Below are positions 10,916 through 21,057 of a stretch of DNA of 64,000 nt, piece after piece (positions within the stretch are counted from its first letter, which is position 1; every line of letters starts with the position of its first letter). A program made the translations under genes and the position numbers. Source of the DNA: Eubacteriales bacterium. Lineage in GTDB: Bacteria > Bacillota > Clostridia > Oscillospirales > CAG-272. The notes below the pieces were generated by a model that saw only the letters and a program-made list of their open reading frames with translations, was not told the origin of the DNA and made no database searches. The stretch is taken from the NCBI GenBank assembly GCA_045605765.1, contig JAZUQQ010000044.1, positions 12,466-76,465 of the forward strand, given 5' to 3'.

Positions 10916-11956
10916 ATGAAAAATGTTTGTTTGATCTTTGGAGGAAAATCCTCCGAATATGAGGTATCACTCAGAAGCGCGAGCGCAATACTTGGCGGTA
11001 TCGATCGCGAAAAATACTCCGTAATCCTTCTCGGCATAACCAAAGATGGAAAATGGTACGTCTTTGATGGCGACAGCACCAAAATAGCTAACGGAGATTG
11101 GGCCTCTGACGAAGCACATCTGACCAAGGCAACGTTGTCACAGTCTTTCGGTGATAGGACTCTCGTTCTTGCCGACGGCAGAAGCATATGCGTTGACGTT
11201 ATGTACCCTGCCGTTCACGGCGAAAACTGCGAAGATGGACGTCTGCAAGGACTTTTTGAGCTTGCGGGCATTCCCTTCGTTGGACCGTCCTGCCTCGCAT
11301 CTGCTATCTGTATGGACAAGAGCGTCACCAAAGCAATACTCAACGACATAGGTATCCCTCAGGCAAAAGCTTTCGTTGTACTCAACAGCGACAAAGAAAG
11401 CTCTTATGCCGATACCTTTGCGTGGGCAAGCAATATGGGATATCCTCTGTTCGTCAAGCCGACCTCGGCAGGCTCGTCTGTCGGAAGCTCCAAGGTATCG
11501 TGTGAGGCAGAGCTCGCAGCTGCTCTTGATAATGCACTCGCTTACGGCGGAAAGGCTCTTGTAGAGGAATACATTAAAGCTCGCGAGGTAGAGGTTGCCG
11601 TCCTTGGCAACGATGATCTGAAAATCTCGGTCTGCGGAGAGATTGAGCCGGGCGCCGATTTCTACGACTACGACACCAAATATAAGAACGACACTGCATC
11701 CTACTTTATTCCTGCGAGAATTTCGGAGAAAACTTCAGAAGATATCCGTAATTACGCAGAAAAAATATTCAAAGTGCTCGGATGCAAGGGACTTTCGCGC
11801 GTCGATTTCTTCGTCACCGAGGATGAGAAAATTTATTTCAACGAGATAAACACGCTTCCCGGATTCACATCAATAAGTATGTATCCCAAGCTTATGATGA
11901 ATGAAGGAATGTCTTTTTCCGAGTTAATCTCATCGCTTATCGAGCTTGCAAAATAA
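10916..11956 (+). CDS. ddl: D-alanine--D-alanine ligase
   Basis: GGKSSEYEVS, HGENCEDG, GSSVG, FYDYDTKY omega loop, NEINTLPGFT. Confidence 0.95.
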   Translation: MKNVCLIFGGKSSEYEVSLRSASAILGGIDREKYSVILLGITKDGKWYVFDGDSTKIANGDWASDEAHLTKATLSQSFGDRTLVLADGRSICVDVMYPAVHGENCEDGRLQGLFELAGIPFVGPSCLASAICMDKSVTKAILNDIGIPQAKAFVVLNSDKESSYADTFAWASNMGYPLFVKPTSAGSSVGSSKVSCEAELAAALDNALAYGGKALVEEYIKAREVEVAVLGNDDLKISVCGEIEPGADFYDYDTKYKNDTASYFIPARISEKTSEDIRNYAEKIFKVLGCKGLSRVDFFVTEDEKIYFNEINTLPGFTSISMYPKLMMNEGMSFSELISSLIELAK

Positions 11957-11959
11957 ACT

Positions 11960-13228
11960 ATGAAAAGCGCTAAAATAACTGAGATAGCCTGCTACGTCGG
12001 ATACGTCACGCAGGCTATCGTTTTGAACCTTACACCGCTCTTTTTCGTTATTTTTCAAAACGACTACGGGATTTCGAGCTCAAAGCTTTCGGTTATTATA
12101 TTTTTAACTTTTTTTGTGCAGATAGGCATTGACCTGCTTGTAGCGTACCTGGGAGAAAGAGTAAATCTTCGTTTGTTTGCAGTTCTTGCTCACGTCACCT
12201 CTGCCGCAGGACTCATTCTTCTTTCGCTTCTTCCTGCGATCATTGATCCCTTTATCGGGATAATTATAGCAGTCGTCACCTATTCGGTTGGAAGCGCGCT
12301 TCTCGAAGTTATGATAAACCCGCTTTTCGACCGACTTCCCAAAAAGGGCGATAAAGGCTTCTCGTTTGCTCATTCCTTTTACTGTTGGGGCCAGATGACG
12401 GTAATTCTCCTCAGTGCCTTAACACTTAAATTTCTCGGAAGCTTCTGGCAGCCGATTCCTCTCGTCTGGTCTGTAATTCCGATAACCAACGCTATCGTAC
12501 TCGCATTTGCTCCTATACCCGAAAAGGTCATGCCTTTGCGCGAAAATGCGAGCGAAAGTGCGACCAAAAGAACCTTCGGAAAATTCGCGATGCTTCTGTT
12601 TATCGTCGTTATGATCTGTGCAGGCGCGTCCGAGCAGGGTGTAGCTCAGTGGGCATCTTATTTTGCGGAAAAGGGTCTCGAAACCAGCAAGATAGTCGGA
12701 GACCTGCTCGGACCCTGTATGTTCGCCTTTTTTATGGCTATCAGCCGAACACTTTTCGGAATATTCGGAACGAGGATTAATATATCGAAGGCTCTCACAG
12801 TTTGCGCCGTGTCCTGCGCCGTATGTTATCTTGCAATAGCTTTTATTCCCTCTCCGCTTTTCTCGCTCGCCACATGCGCTATCAGCGGACTTGCCGTGAG
12901 CATAATGTGGCCCGCAACTCTCGACCTTGCATCGTCAACATTTTATTGCGGAACTGCCGCGTTTTCCCTGCTTTCGGTAGCGGGAGATATCGGTTGCACG
13001 GTCGGACCAAGCGTAAATGGCATCGTTTCTGACTTTTTTGCAAGCACAGGGCTTGCTGAACAACTTTCCGAAACCGTGCAAATTCCATCGGAACAGCTTG
13101 CGATACGCTTTGGTTTTGCACTCGACACGGTCTTCCCTCTCATAATGACCTTTTCCCTTATCTATATATCAAGAAAAATACTCCCGAACACTAGCGCACA
13201 TCCTGAGTTGTCTCGGGACGGGAAGTAA
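11960..13228 (+). CDS. MFS transporter
   Basis: About 12 hydrophobic segments, HSFYCWG and AGASE motifs seen in clostridial MFS sugar permeases. Confidence 0.85.
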   Translation: MKSAKITEIACYVGYVTQAIVLNLTPLFFVIFQNDYGISSSKLSVIIFLTFFVQIGIDLLVAYLGERVNLRLFAVLAHVTSAAGLILLSLLPAIIDPFIGIIIAVVTYSVGSALLEVMINPLFDRLPKKGDKGFSFAHSFYCWGQMTVILLSALTLKFLGSFWQPIPLVWSVIPITNAIVLAFAPIPEKVMPLRENASESATKRTFGKFAMLLFIVVMICAGASEQGVAQWASYFAEKGLETSKIVGDLLGPCMFAFFMAISRTLFGIFGTRINISKALTVCAVSCAVCYLAIAFIPSPLFSLATCAISGLAVSIMWPATLDLASSTFYCGTAAFSLLSVAGDIGCTVGPSVNGIVSDFFASTGLAEQLSETVQIPSEQLAIRFGFALDTVFPLIMTFSLIYISRKILPNTSAHPELSRDGK

Positions 13229-13688
13229 TATCCGCGGTCATATTCTTATAAACAAGTCTAAGAGGCTCGCCGCTTTGCGAATCGGTATATATGACTGTAC
13301 CGTCTGATGTCTCGAGAACACTAACGTCTCTACCGCTTATCCTTTCGTGAGAAACTACCGCGATGCTTTCGTGTGAGTCAAGTAAAAACTCAAAAATCTT
13401 TCTTACGTACTGGTTACTTACCTCGCTCTCTTCTCCGAGCGAGGTGAAATATTTTATGCTGTTATTTTCGGGATAGTAGATAAAATACCAATCGCAAAGC
13501 GAAGAATTCTTCGGAAAGGTAAGCTTTACCGATCCGTCTTCGTTCAAGACAAGATCTATATTATACTCATCGTCTCCGATAACACAGCTAAGACCGTACT
13601 CACCTGCTATCGGTGTGTACTTCTCGCGCAAATCGCATGATGTCAGCAACAGTATTGGCAAAATAAATAATATAGCAAATTTTCTCAT
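13191..13688 (-). CDS. Hypothetical lipoprotein
   Basis: MRKF-hydrophobic-LLTSC lipobox; 3' end overlaps convergent MFS gene. Confidence 0.65.
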   Translation of the reverse strand: MRKFAILFILPILLLTSCDLREKYTPIAGEYGLSCVIGDDEYNIDLVLNEDGSVKLTFPKNSSLCDWYFIYYPENNSIKYFTSLGEESEVSNQYVRKIFEFLLDSHESIAVVSHERISGRDVSVLETSDGTVIYTDSQSGEPLRLVYKNMTADITSRPETTQDVR

Positions 13689-13810
13689 AACGATCACTTT
13701 CTTCTTGATAAGTAAAATACTCTGTGATATAATTATATTGTAAATTTATTTTTGTTATTACATTGCCGACTTGATTTTGATATAAACGGCAACAGAAAGG
13801 AACACAACCT

Positions 13811-14527
13811 ATGAAAAACCATATTATTAAAGGACTTTCCGAGTTTTTCGGTACTGCTTTTCTCGTACTATTCGGATGCGGCTCCGCAGTTATTGTCGGG
13901 TGCAACTCCTCTCTCGGCAGCGGTTATCTTCTGACCTCACTCGCCTTCGGGTTGACCCTTACAGTACTTATCTGTATTATAGGGGGCGTTTCGGGATGCC
14001 ATGTAAATCCTGCCATCTCGCTCGCCCTGCTAATAAATGGGAAAATGAAGCTTTGCGAATTTATCTATTATATTACAGGACAGTTCCTCGGCGGAATTCT
14101 CGGAGGAGCGATACTCTTTCTGATCGTCAAGACAGGAAACGTGATCGATCTGTCGGGAGATTATCTCCAAGGCATCTTGGCACTCGGCGCAAACTCGATC
14201 TCAAGTGTCGGAGATAACGTCTGGCTCGCTATTCTGATTGAAGCTCTTCTTACCTTCTTTTTCGTGCTCTCGGTGATTAAGGTCACCGAAAAGCCGTCAA
14301 ACGGACTTTTCTCCGCTCTCATCATCGGTCTTTCGCTCACACTCGTACATATAGTCGGCATAGCGCTCACGGGAACGTCGGTAAATCCTGCTCGTAGTCT
14401 GGGAGTTGCCGTATTTGCAGGTGGAGAATTTCTTGCAAACATATGGGTGTTTATCGTCGGGCCCTTCATTGGGAGTCTGCTCGCAGCGTTTATTTATCCG
14501 GCAATTTCCGATAAAACCGCGAAGTGA
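13811..14527 (+). CDS. Aquaporin (MIP family, AqpZ-like)
   Basis: SGCHVNPA and GTSVNPARS NPA boxes, EFFGT. Confidence 0.93.
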   Translation: MKNHIIKGLSEFFGTAFLVLFGCGSAVIVGCNSSLGSGYLLTSLAFGLTLTVLICIIGGVSGCHVNPAISLALLINGKMKLCEFIYYITGQFLGGILGGAILFLIVKTGNVIDLSGDYLQGILALGANSISSVGDNVWLAILIEALLTFFFVLSVIKVTEKPSNGLFSALIIGLSLTLVHIVGIALTGTSVNPARSLGVAVFAGGEFLANIWVFIVGPFIGSLLAAFIYPAISDKTAK

Positions 14528-14538
14528 CAAGACAATAG

Positions 14539-14576
14539 AAAAAGCTCCAAGAAGCTTTAGGCTTCTTGGAGCTTTT
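14539..14576. terminator. Bidirectional intrinsic terminator
   Basis: AAAAGCTCCAAGAAGC-tttag-GCTTCTTGGAGCTTTT between convergent genes. Confidence 0.85.
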
Positions 14577-14589
14577 ATTTTAAAACAAA

Positions 14590-16035
14590 TTATTCCTCGT
14601 AATTTACCGCCTTATCGAAGAGCTCCTCGACCTCTTGGCTCGGTTTCTTCGTGCAAAGCGTAACTACGACTGCCGCGAGAACTCCTGCAACAAATCCGGG
14701 AAGTATCTCGTAAATTCCGGTTTCGGATAACAGTGCCAACCAAGCAACATCCACAACGGCTCCGACGAGTATTCCTGCGAGCGCGCCTTGGAAATTAAAG
14801 CGTTTCCAGAAAAGTGAGAGAAGTATAGCGGGTCCAAACGCCGCGCCGAATACACCCCAAGCGTTCGAAACGAGTGCCATTATCGAGCCTGCGTTCGGAT
14901 TTGCAGCAATAATTACCGCAACCACCGCGATAGCTATAACGACCGCGCGGCTTGCCCAGTTCATTTCTTTATCGCTCGCCTTGTTCTTTCGTATTATCGG
15001 CTTATAAACATCACTTGCAAACGCAGAGGATGCCGCAAGGAGCTGACTGTCTGCCGTACTCATCGAAGCAGCGAGAACTGCCGAAAGCAGAATTCCCGAA
15101 ATCAGCGGGGGAAATATTTTTCTTACCATATTTATAAAGACAAGCTCGCCCTCAACTACCGACTGGTCAAATCCGAGGAACATTCTTCCGACAATACCGA
15201 TAACAGCCGCAAACGAAACGATGATGGCAGTCCAAGCAATACCGATCTTTGCTGATTTTTTGAGTGATTTCTGCGACTCGATCGACATAAATCTTATAAT
15301 AATATGAGGCATTCCGAAATATCCGAGCCCCCAAGCAAGTCCGGAAACTATCGTTTTCCAATCTGAAAATGCATTCCAATATCCTGCATTTTCTATCGGC
15401 TGAGCAGAGCCGTTTCCGAGCGCAAACGCCGCAAATATGGGAGCTATGAGCATCGCGCCGAGAATGAGCATTCCTTGGAAAAAGTCGGTCCAACAGACCG
15501 CCGAAAATCCACCGAGAAAGGTGTAGCCGATGATAACGATAGCCGCTATGTACATGGCAACGGTGGGATCAATTCCGAGAACCGTGTTGAAGAGCGTTCC
15601 GCAAGCCTTGATGCTCGATGCCGAATAGATCGTGTAGGCAACGAGGAAAACTACCGCGCAGATTATTTGAAGAAGCTTAGATTTCGAGAGAAAACGGTTG
15701 GTCAGATACTGCGGAATAGTGATCGAATCGTTTGCAACTATCGAGAACTTGCGAAGTCTTGGAGCTTCTGCGAGCCAGCTTATCGTGTAACCGATAGCAA
15801 GCCCGAGAGATACCCAAACCTCACCGATACCCGCCGCGTAGATGGCGGTCGGAAGTCCCATAAGCACCCACGCGCTCATATCGGATGCGCCTGCCGAAAG
15901 CGCGGCAACCCACGCTCCCATTTTTCTTCCTCCAAGGAAGAAGGTCTTTTCTCCACCGTTCTTATCTTTAAAGAAGAAGAACACGCCTATTCCAAGCATA
16001 AAGAGGAGATATAGGATAAATACTGCTATTTCCAT
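14590..16035 (-). CDS. putP: Sodium:solute symporter, PutP-like
   Basis: ALSAGASDMSAW, GLP, WTDFFQG, GLGYFGMPHII, MSTADSQLL. Confidence 0.85.
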   Translation of the reverse strand: MEIAVFILYLLFMLGIGVFFFFKDKNGGEKTFFLGGRKMGAWVAALSAGASDMSAWVLMGLPTAIYAAGIGEVWVSLGLAIGYTISWLAEAPRLRKFSIVANDSITIPQYLTNRFLSKSKLLQIICAVVFLVAYTIYSASSIKACGTLFNTVLGIDPTVAMYIAAIVIIGYTFLGGFSAVCWTDFFQGMLILGAMLIAPIFAAFALGNGSAQPIENAGYWNAFSDWKTIVSGLAWGLGYFGMPHIIIRFMSIESQKSLKKSAKIGIAWTAIIVSFAAVIGIVGRMFLGFDQSVVEGELVFINMVRKIFPPLISGILLSAVLAASMSTADSQLLAASSAFASDVYKPIIRKNKASDKEMNWASRAVVIAIAVVAVIIAANPNAGSIMALVSNAWGVFGAAFGPAILLSLFWKRFNFQGALAGILVGAVVDVAWLALLSETGIYEILPGFVAGVLAAVVVTLCTKKPSQEVEELFDKAVNYEE

Positions 16036-16071
16036 ATTACATTCCTTTCTGTTACCTATCGGCAAAAAGTT

Positions 16072-16743
16072 TTACTTAGTCATTTTTTCCTGTTTTACTT
16101 TTTTATCTATAACGTGACGGGAAGCGAGCTCGTCGCGGATCTCGTCGAGAGATATTCCCATCTCAATCATAAGCACCATAACGTGATAGGTAAGGTCTGC
16201 GATCTCGTATATCGTTTCCTTCTTATCGTCTGCCTTGCCTGCGATTATGACCTCGGTGCACTCCTCTCCGACCTTTTTGAGAATTTTGTCAATTCCCTTT
16301 TCGAAAAGGTAGGTCGTATAGGAGCCCTCTTTTTTCTCGATCTTACGTCCCACAAGCATCTTCATAAGTCCTTCGAGAGAGAATTTGCTTTCGAGCTCTG
16401 CAACGTTCTCCTCGTTTTCATATATTTTGTCGTTGAAGCAGCTCTCCTTGCCCGTGTGGCAGGCAGGTCCGTCCTTGAGCACCTGAACCTCGATCGCGTC
16501 ACCGTCGCAGTCGGCGGTGATATTTACGATATGCTGATAATTTCCGCTCGTTTCGCCTTTGAGCCAAAGCTTCTGACGGGAACGGCTATAAAAGCAGGTA
16601 AGTCCCTTCTCCATAGAGATTTTAAGGCTTTCTCTCGACATATACGCCAGAGTAAGGAGCTTTTTCGTTTCGGCATCAATAACTACTGCAGGAATAAGTC
16701 CCTTTTCATCAAATTTAAGCTTTTCTATATCAAAATCAAACAT
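16072..16743 (-). CDS. hisIE: Bifunctional phosphoribosyl-AMP cyclohydrolase / phosphoribosyl-ATP diphosphatase
   Basis: [34 protein letters not shown]. Confidence 0.96.
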   Translation of the reverse strand: MFDFDIEKLKFDEKGLIPAVVIDAETKKLLTLAYMSRESLKISMEKGLTCFYSRSRQKLWLKGETSGNYQHIVNITADCDGDAIEVQVLKDGPACHTGKESCFNDKIYENEENVAELESKFSLEGLMKMLVGRKIEKKEGSYTTYLFEKGIDKILKKVGEECTEVIIAGKADDKKETIYEIADLTYHVMVLMIEMGISLDEIRDELASRHVIDKKVKQEKMTK

Positions 16744-16770
16744 TTTTCTTCACCTTTCGTATTTTTACAG

Positions 16771-17529
16771 TTAAATCCTCATGCTTATTCCGCTTTCGGC
16801 AAGCTCTTTTTTGAGTTCGGGTATCTTTATCTGTCCGAAATGGAACACCGATGCTGCAAGTCCTGCATCGACCTTCGGGAGCGTTTTGAACAGAGTTTTG
16901 AAATCCTCTACCGATCCCGCTCCACCAGATGCGATAACCGGCACACTGACCGCCTCGCAGACAGCTTCGAGCATTTCAAGGTCAAATCCGCGCTTGACCC
17001 CGTCGGTATCTATTGAGTTTACGACTATTTCTCCCGCGCCGAGCTCTACTCCGCGCTTTATCCATGAAATAGCCTCTATTCCCGTATTCTCGCGTCCGCC
17101 TTTGGCAAAAACGCGGAATGTTCCGTCAACTCGCTTTACGTCAACCGAAAGCACAACGCACTGGCTTCCGTATTTCTCAGCTCCTTCTTTTATAAGAAGA
17201 GGATTTCTTATAGCACCAGAGTTTACGCTAACCTTGTCCGCTCCGCATTTGAGCACGCGATCGAAATCGTTTATTGTGTTTATTCCTCCGCCAACTGTCA
17301 GCGGTATGAATACCTTGCGCGCCGTTTCGCAGAGTATATCGGTAAATAGCGCCCTGCCCTCGGCAGATGCCGTTATATCGTAGAAAACAAGCTCGTCTGC
17401 ACCGTTTTCGCTGTAAAACTGTGCAAGCTCGACGGGCGAGGATACGTCAGACAGTCCGAGGAAATTTACACCCTTGACTACCCTTCCGTTCCTTACGTCA
17501 AGACACGGTATTATTCTTTTTGTAATCAT
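16771..17529 (-). CDS. hisF: Imidazole glycerol phosphate synthase cyclase subunit
   Basis: KRIIPCLDV, GADELVFYDITAS, IASGGAG. Confidence 0.97.
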   Translation of the reverse strand: MITKRIIPCLDVRNGRVVKGVNFLGLSDVSSPVELAQFYSENGADELVFYDITASAEGRALFTDILCETARKVFIPLTVGGGINTINDFDRVLKCGADKVSVNSGAIRNPLLIKEGAEKYGSQCVVLSVDVKRVDGTFRVFAKGGRENTGIEAISWIKRGVELGAGEIVVNSIDTDGVKRGFDLEMLEAVCEAVSVPVIASGGAGSVEDFKTLFKTLPKVDAGLAASVFHFGQIKIPELKKELAESGISMRI

Positions 17530-17537
17530 ATTTCTGT

Positions 17538-17640
17538 CGGAAAACCTTTTATTAAAAGGTTTTCCGTACCTTTCTAAAACTTTTTGTTGGGAAAACTTTT
17601 ACTAAAAATTAATGCTCTTTATTTAAAGTTTTTCAGACTC
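17538..17640. repeat. Palindromic REP/BIME-like repeat, copy B
   Basis: CGGAAAACCTTTT-att-AAAAGGTTTTCCG hairpin plus AAAACTTT/AAAGTTTTT modules, abutting hisA stop. Confidence 0.75.
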
Positions 17641-18357
17641 TTAAGCGCGTGCCCGAGCAATAGCCTCGCTGAGCTTTACAGCTCCTGTGTAGTAGGCTTT
17701 GCCGATTATTGCGCCGTAAACGTCCATTTCGCGAAGCGCGACGACGTCCGAGATAGTGGAAACTCCGCCCGAGGCGATAATGTTCATTTCGTATTTTTGG
17801 GAAAGCTCCTTGTAGAGTGCGAGATTTGTGCCGCGCATCGCGCCGTCACGTGATATGTCGGTGCAGATCACGGTTTTCACACCGATCTTCTGCATTTTAT
17901 CAAAGAAATCTTTGCTTTTTACTCCGCTTTTTTCGATCCAGCCTTTGACAGCTATCTCGCCGTCCTTGATGTCCGCTCCGACCGCTATTTTGTCGCCGTA
18001 TTTATTAACTGCGCGCTCAACGAAGCCCTCGCTTGACACCGCGGCAGTGCCGAGAATAACGCGCCCTACGCCGACGGATAGATATTTTTCAATGGTTTCC
18101 ATATCGCGGATACCGCCGCCGATCTCGATAAACATATCGGTAGAGGTCGCGATGCTTTTTACCGTTTCAAAGTTTGGCGTATTGCCGTCGCGTGCACCCT
18201 CGAGGTCAACCATATGAAGATGATCCGCTCCCTCAAAAATGAACTTTTTCGCGGTATTTATCGGGTTTTCATCGTATACGGTAAGCTGAGCGTAGTCGCC
18301 TTTATATAGCCTTACCGCCTTGCCCTCGTACAGATCTATTGCAGGGAAAATTATCAT
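17641..18357 (-). CDS. hisA: ProFAR isomerase
   Basis: PAIDL...AVRL, HMVDLEGA, GGGIR, TDISRDG, ASGGV. Confidence 0.97.
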   Translation of the reverse strand: MIIFPAIDLYEGKAVRLYKGDYAQLTVYDENPINTAKKFIFEGADHLHMVDLEGARDGNTPNFETVKSIATSTDMFIEIGGGIRDMETIEKYLSVGVGRVILGTAAVSSEGFVERAVNKYGDKIAVGADIKDGEIAVKGWIEKSGVKSKDFFDKMQKIGVKTVICTDISRDGAMRGTNLALYKELSQKYEMNIIASGGVSTISDVVALREMDVYGAIIGKAYYTGAVKLSEAIARARA

Positions 18358-18383
18358 TTTTTGTTCCTAAAACTATCCTTAAA

Positions 18384-19001
18384 TTATATTTCAGCAAACG
18401 CCTTGATGATCGAAAGTCCGACATTTCCGCTCTTTTCGGGATGGAACTGACAACCGTAAACGTTTCCCGACGCGACCGCCGCCGTAAGAGGTGCGCCGTA
18501 CGAGGTCGTCGCGATAACCGCCTCGTCGCAGTCACTTGCATAAAACGAGTGAACGAAATAAACGAAATCTCCCTCGTTTATATATTTGAATATCTCGTTT
18601 TTTGCCTTGTTTTCGGGAAAATTCAGGCAGTTCCAACCAATATGGGGAATTTTCAGGTCGTCTCCTATAACGTCCGCTATCGGTCTAACACTTCCTTTTA
18701 TAAGTCCGAGTCCTTTATATCTGCCGAATTCGTAGCTCTCATCGAAAAGAAGCTGCATTCCGAGGCAGATGCCCATTATCGGCTTGCCTTCTGCCGCAAG
18801 CTCTCTAAGCAGCTTATCAAAGCCCTTTTCTGCAAGCTTTTCGGACGCATCTCTGAATGCGCCGACACCCGGCAGAATTATCTTATCCGCCGCTCTTATC
18901 ACGCTCTCGTCATCGGTGACGACGGTTTCTATATCAAGCGATGCAAGCGACGAGGAAAGCGAAAAGAGATTTCCGACTCCGTAGTCAATTATTGCTATCA
19001 T
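18384..19001 (-). CDS. hisH: Imidazole glycerol phosphate synthase glutaminase subunit
   Basis: DYGVGNL, LPGVGAF, GICLGMQ, QFHPEKS. Confidence 0.97.
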   Translation of the reverse strand: MIAIIDYGVGNLFSLSSSLASLDIETVVTDDESVIRAADKIILPGVGAFRDASEKLAEKGFDKLLRELAAEGKPIMGICLGMQLLFDESYEFGRYKGLGLIKGSVRPIADVIGDDLKIPHIGWNCLNFPENKAKNEIFKYINEGDFVYFVHSFYASDCDEAVIATTSYGAPLTAAVASGNVYGCQFHPEKSGNVGLSIIKAFAEI

Positions 19002-19588
19002 CAGAGAACTCCCTTGGTTGAAGGTATCTCGCCTGCTCTTGCAGAGTCGATCGAAACCGCCGCGCGAAGTGCCGCCGCAAACGCCTTGAACATTCCCTCT
19101 ATTATGTGGTGCGTGTTCTCGCCTGCGATTTGTCTTATATGCAGGGTCATCTCGGCGTTTCTGACAAGCGCAAGGAAGAACTCCTTGACGAGCTCGGTAT
19201 CGAAATCGCCAACCTTTTCAGTGAGTCCTTCGATGGTATATGCCAGTGTCGATCTGCCCGAAAGGTCAATAGACACGAGCAGAAGTGCCTCGTCCATCGG
19301 GATTATCGCGTTTCCGTAGCGCGCGATCCCCATTTTGTCACCAAGTGCGGCCTTTATAGCGGCACCAAGACAAATTCCGACGTCCTCTACCGTGTGGTGA
19401 TAATCGACCTCGATGTCACCTTTACATTTGACATAAAGCGAGCATCTCGAATGCTTTGCAAAAAGCGTGAGCATATGATCGAGAAATCCACAGGACGTGT
19501 CTATCTCGCTCTCACCCTTGCCGTCAAGATCAATTCTCAGCTCAATATCTGTTTCCTTCGTTTTTCTAAGTATCTCGCTGTTTCTCAT
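19001..19588 (-). CDS. hisB: Imidazoleglycerol-phosphate dehydratase (monofunctional)
   Basis: RKTKETDI, FLDHML, HHTVED, PMDE, NTHHIIE, PSTKGVL. Confidence 0.97.
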   Translation of the reverse strand: MRNSEILRKTKETDIELRIDLDGKGESEIDTSCGFLDHMLTLFAKHSRCSLYVKCKGDIEVDYHHTVEDVGICLGAAIKAALGDKMGIARYGNAIIPMDEALLLVSIDLSGRSTLAYTIEGLTEKVGDFDTELVKEFFLALVRNAEMTLHIRQIAGENTHHIIEGMFKAFAAALRAAVSIDSARAGEIPSTKGVL

Positions 19589-19599
19589 TTTTTCTTTTC

Positions 19600-19834
19600 G
19601 GAACCTTTAAGAAAGGTTTCATACCTCCAAACGTTTTTTTGCGAGAGAACTTTTAAAAAAGTTTTCTCGCGCTCTTTCAAAAACTTTTATTAAGATCTTT
19701 TTAGTTAAGGTTTTCAGACTTTCCAAAAACTTTTGTTAAAGCTAATGGACTTGTTCTTTTAGTAAAGCTTTTATGAGCGCAAAACCCTTTTTGCCAAAAG
19801 GGTTTTGACGGATTCTTAGGGCAGAGCCCTAAGA
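19600..19834. repeat. Palindromic REP/BIME-like repeat, copy C (longest, multi-module)
   Basis: Hairpins at 19641-19670 and 19780-19807, CAAAAACTTT modules, terminal TCTTAGGG-caga-gCCCTAAGA that contains the hisC stop. Confidence 0.8.
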
Positions 19835-20896
19835 AAGTGCCGTTTCCTTTATCCTCTCCGCCGCAAACAGGAATGCCTCCATTTCGGCTCGAGTGCCGAT
19901 GGTTATACGGTTATATTTTTCAAGACGTTCGCCCGAAAAATGACGGATAAGTATTCCGCGCTTTTTCATCTCCTCGGCAAATTTCGAGCCCGAGATAGCG
20001 TCGTGCCCTGCAAGAACGAAGTTCGCCGCAGACTCGATGACCTCAAAGCCCATCGCGCGGAGCTTTTCGGTAACGAAAGCCCTCGTTTTGATGATCTTTT
20101 TAGCGTTATCATCGTAATATTTGCCGTTTTTGAGTGCCGCCTCGCCTGCAATCAGGGTGAGTCGGTTGATGCTGTACGGGTTAGTCGAGAATTTGATCTT
20201 GTTCAGATCCGCGATGATCTCTTTATCGGCGAAGGCAAATCCGAGTCGTGCGCCTGCAAGGCTTCTCGACTTAGAATATGTCCGTACGACAAGCAGGTTT
20301 TTGTAGCTATCGAGCATTTTTATTGCGCTCTCGCCGCCAAAATCTATATATGCCTCGTCAACGAGCACCACGCTATCGGGGTTTGCTTTCAGTATTCTTT
20401 CGATCTCGTTAAGACCTTTGAAAATTCCGGTCGGCGCGTTGGGATTGGCGAGAACGATGAGCTTACCGTTCTGATCAAGATAGTCCTCGGTCTTTATCGA
20501 AAAATCTTCGCAAAGCGGCTTTTTTTCGTAATTTGCGCCGTGAAGCTTTGCATAGACCTCGTAAAATCCGTAGGTAATATCGGGGAAAACCACGCCGTTT
20601 TCGGAAAACGCCATAAATGCAAAGTTCAGAATATCGTCCGAGCCGTTTGAAACGAACACCTCGTCGATAGCGCGACCGTAGAACTCTCCGAGTGCCGTGC
20701 GGAGTCCGAGGCAGTTCGGATCGGAGTACAGCCTGAGATCGGAGAGCTCTCCGTAACCGATCGACACGAGCACCTCGGGCGACGGCGGATAGGGCGATTC
20801 GTTTGTATTCAGCTTTATGTATTTTAAGCCTAGCGGTTGTTCTCCCGGCGTATATGCCGTAAGCCCCGCATATTTTTTGTTTATAAATCTACTCAT
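19829..20896 (-). CDS. hisC: Histidinol-phosphate aminotransferase
   Basis: KLNTNESPY, NGSDD, NPNAPTG, DEAYIDF, RTYSKSRSLAGARLG. Confidence 0.96.
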   Translation of the reverse strand: MSRFINKKYAGLTAYTPGEQPLGLKYIKLNTNESPYPPSPEVLVSIGYGELSDLRLYSDPNCLGLRTALGEFYGRAIDEVFVSNGSDDILNFAFMAFSENGVVFPDITYGFYEVYAKLHGANYEKKPLCEDFSIKTEDYLDQNGKLIVLANPNAPTGIFKGLNEIERILKANPDSVVLVDEAYIDFGGESAIKMLDSYKNLLVVRTYSKSRSLAGARLGFAFADKEIIADLNKIKFSTNPYSINRLTLIAGEAALKNGKYYDDNAKKIIKTRAFVTEKLRAMGFEVIESAANFVLAGHDAISGSKFAEEMKKRGILIRHFSGERLEKYNRITIGTRAEMEAFLFAAERIKETALS

Positions 20897-20905
20897 CGTT
20901 TTATC

Positions 20906-21057
20906 GAAAAAACCTCAAGGGCTTTTCTTACCTCTTCAAAAGCTTTACGTGAGACAACTTTTTGAAAAAAGTTGTCTCACACTCTTTCAAAAACTTTACT
21001 AATATATTTTCCCTTTTATTAAAGTTTTTGGCGGGTCCTTAGATCAGAGCCCTAAGA
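20906..21057. repeat. Palindromic REP/BIME-like repeat, copy D
   Basis: GTGAGACAACTTTTTGAAAAAAGTTGTCTCAC hairpin (20949-20980), near-identical to copy F; terminal module overlaps hisD stop. Confidence 0.8.

Noticed and set aside
10916-11956. Possible vancomycin-resistance ligase
   Set aside because: Omega loop has Tyr (YDTKY) as in D-Ala-D-Ala ligases and no van genes are adjacent
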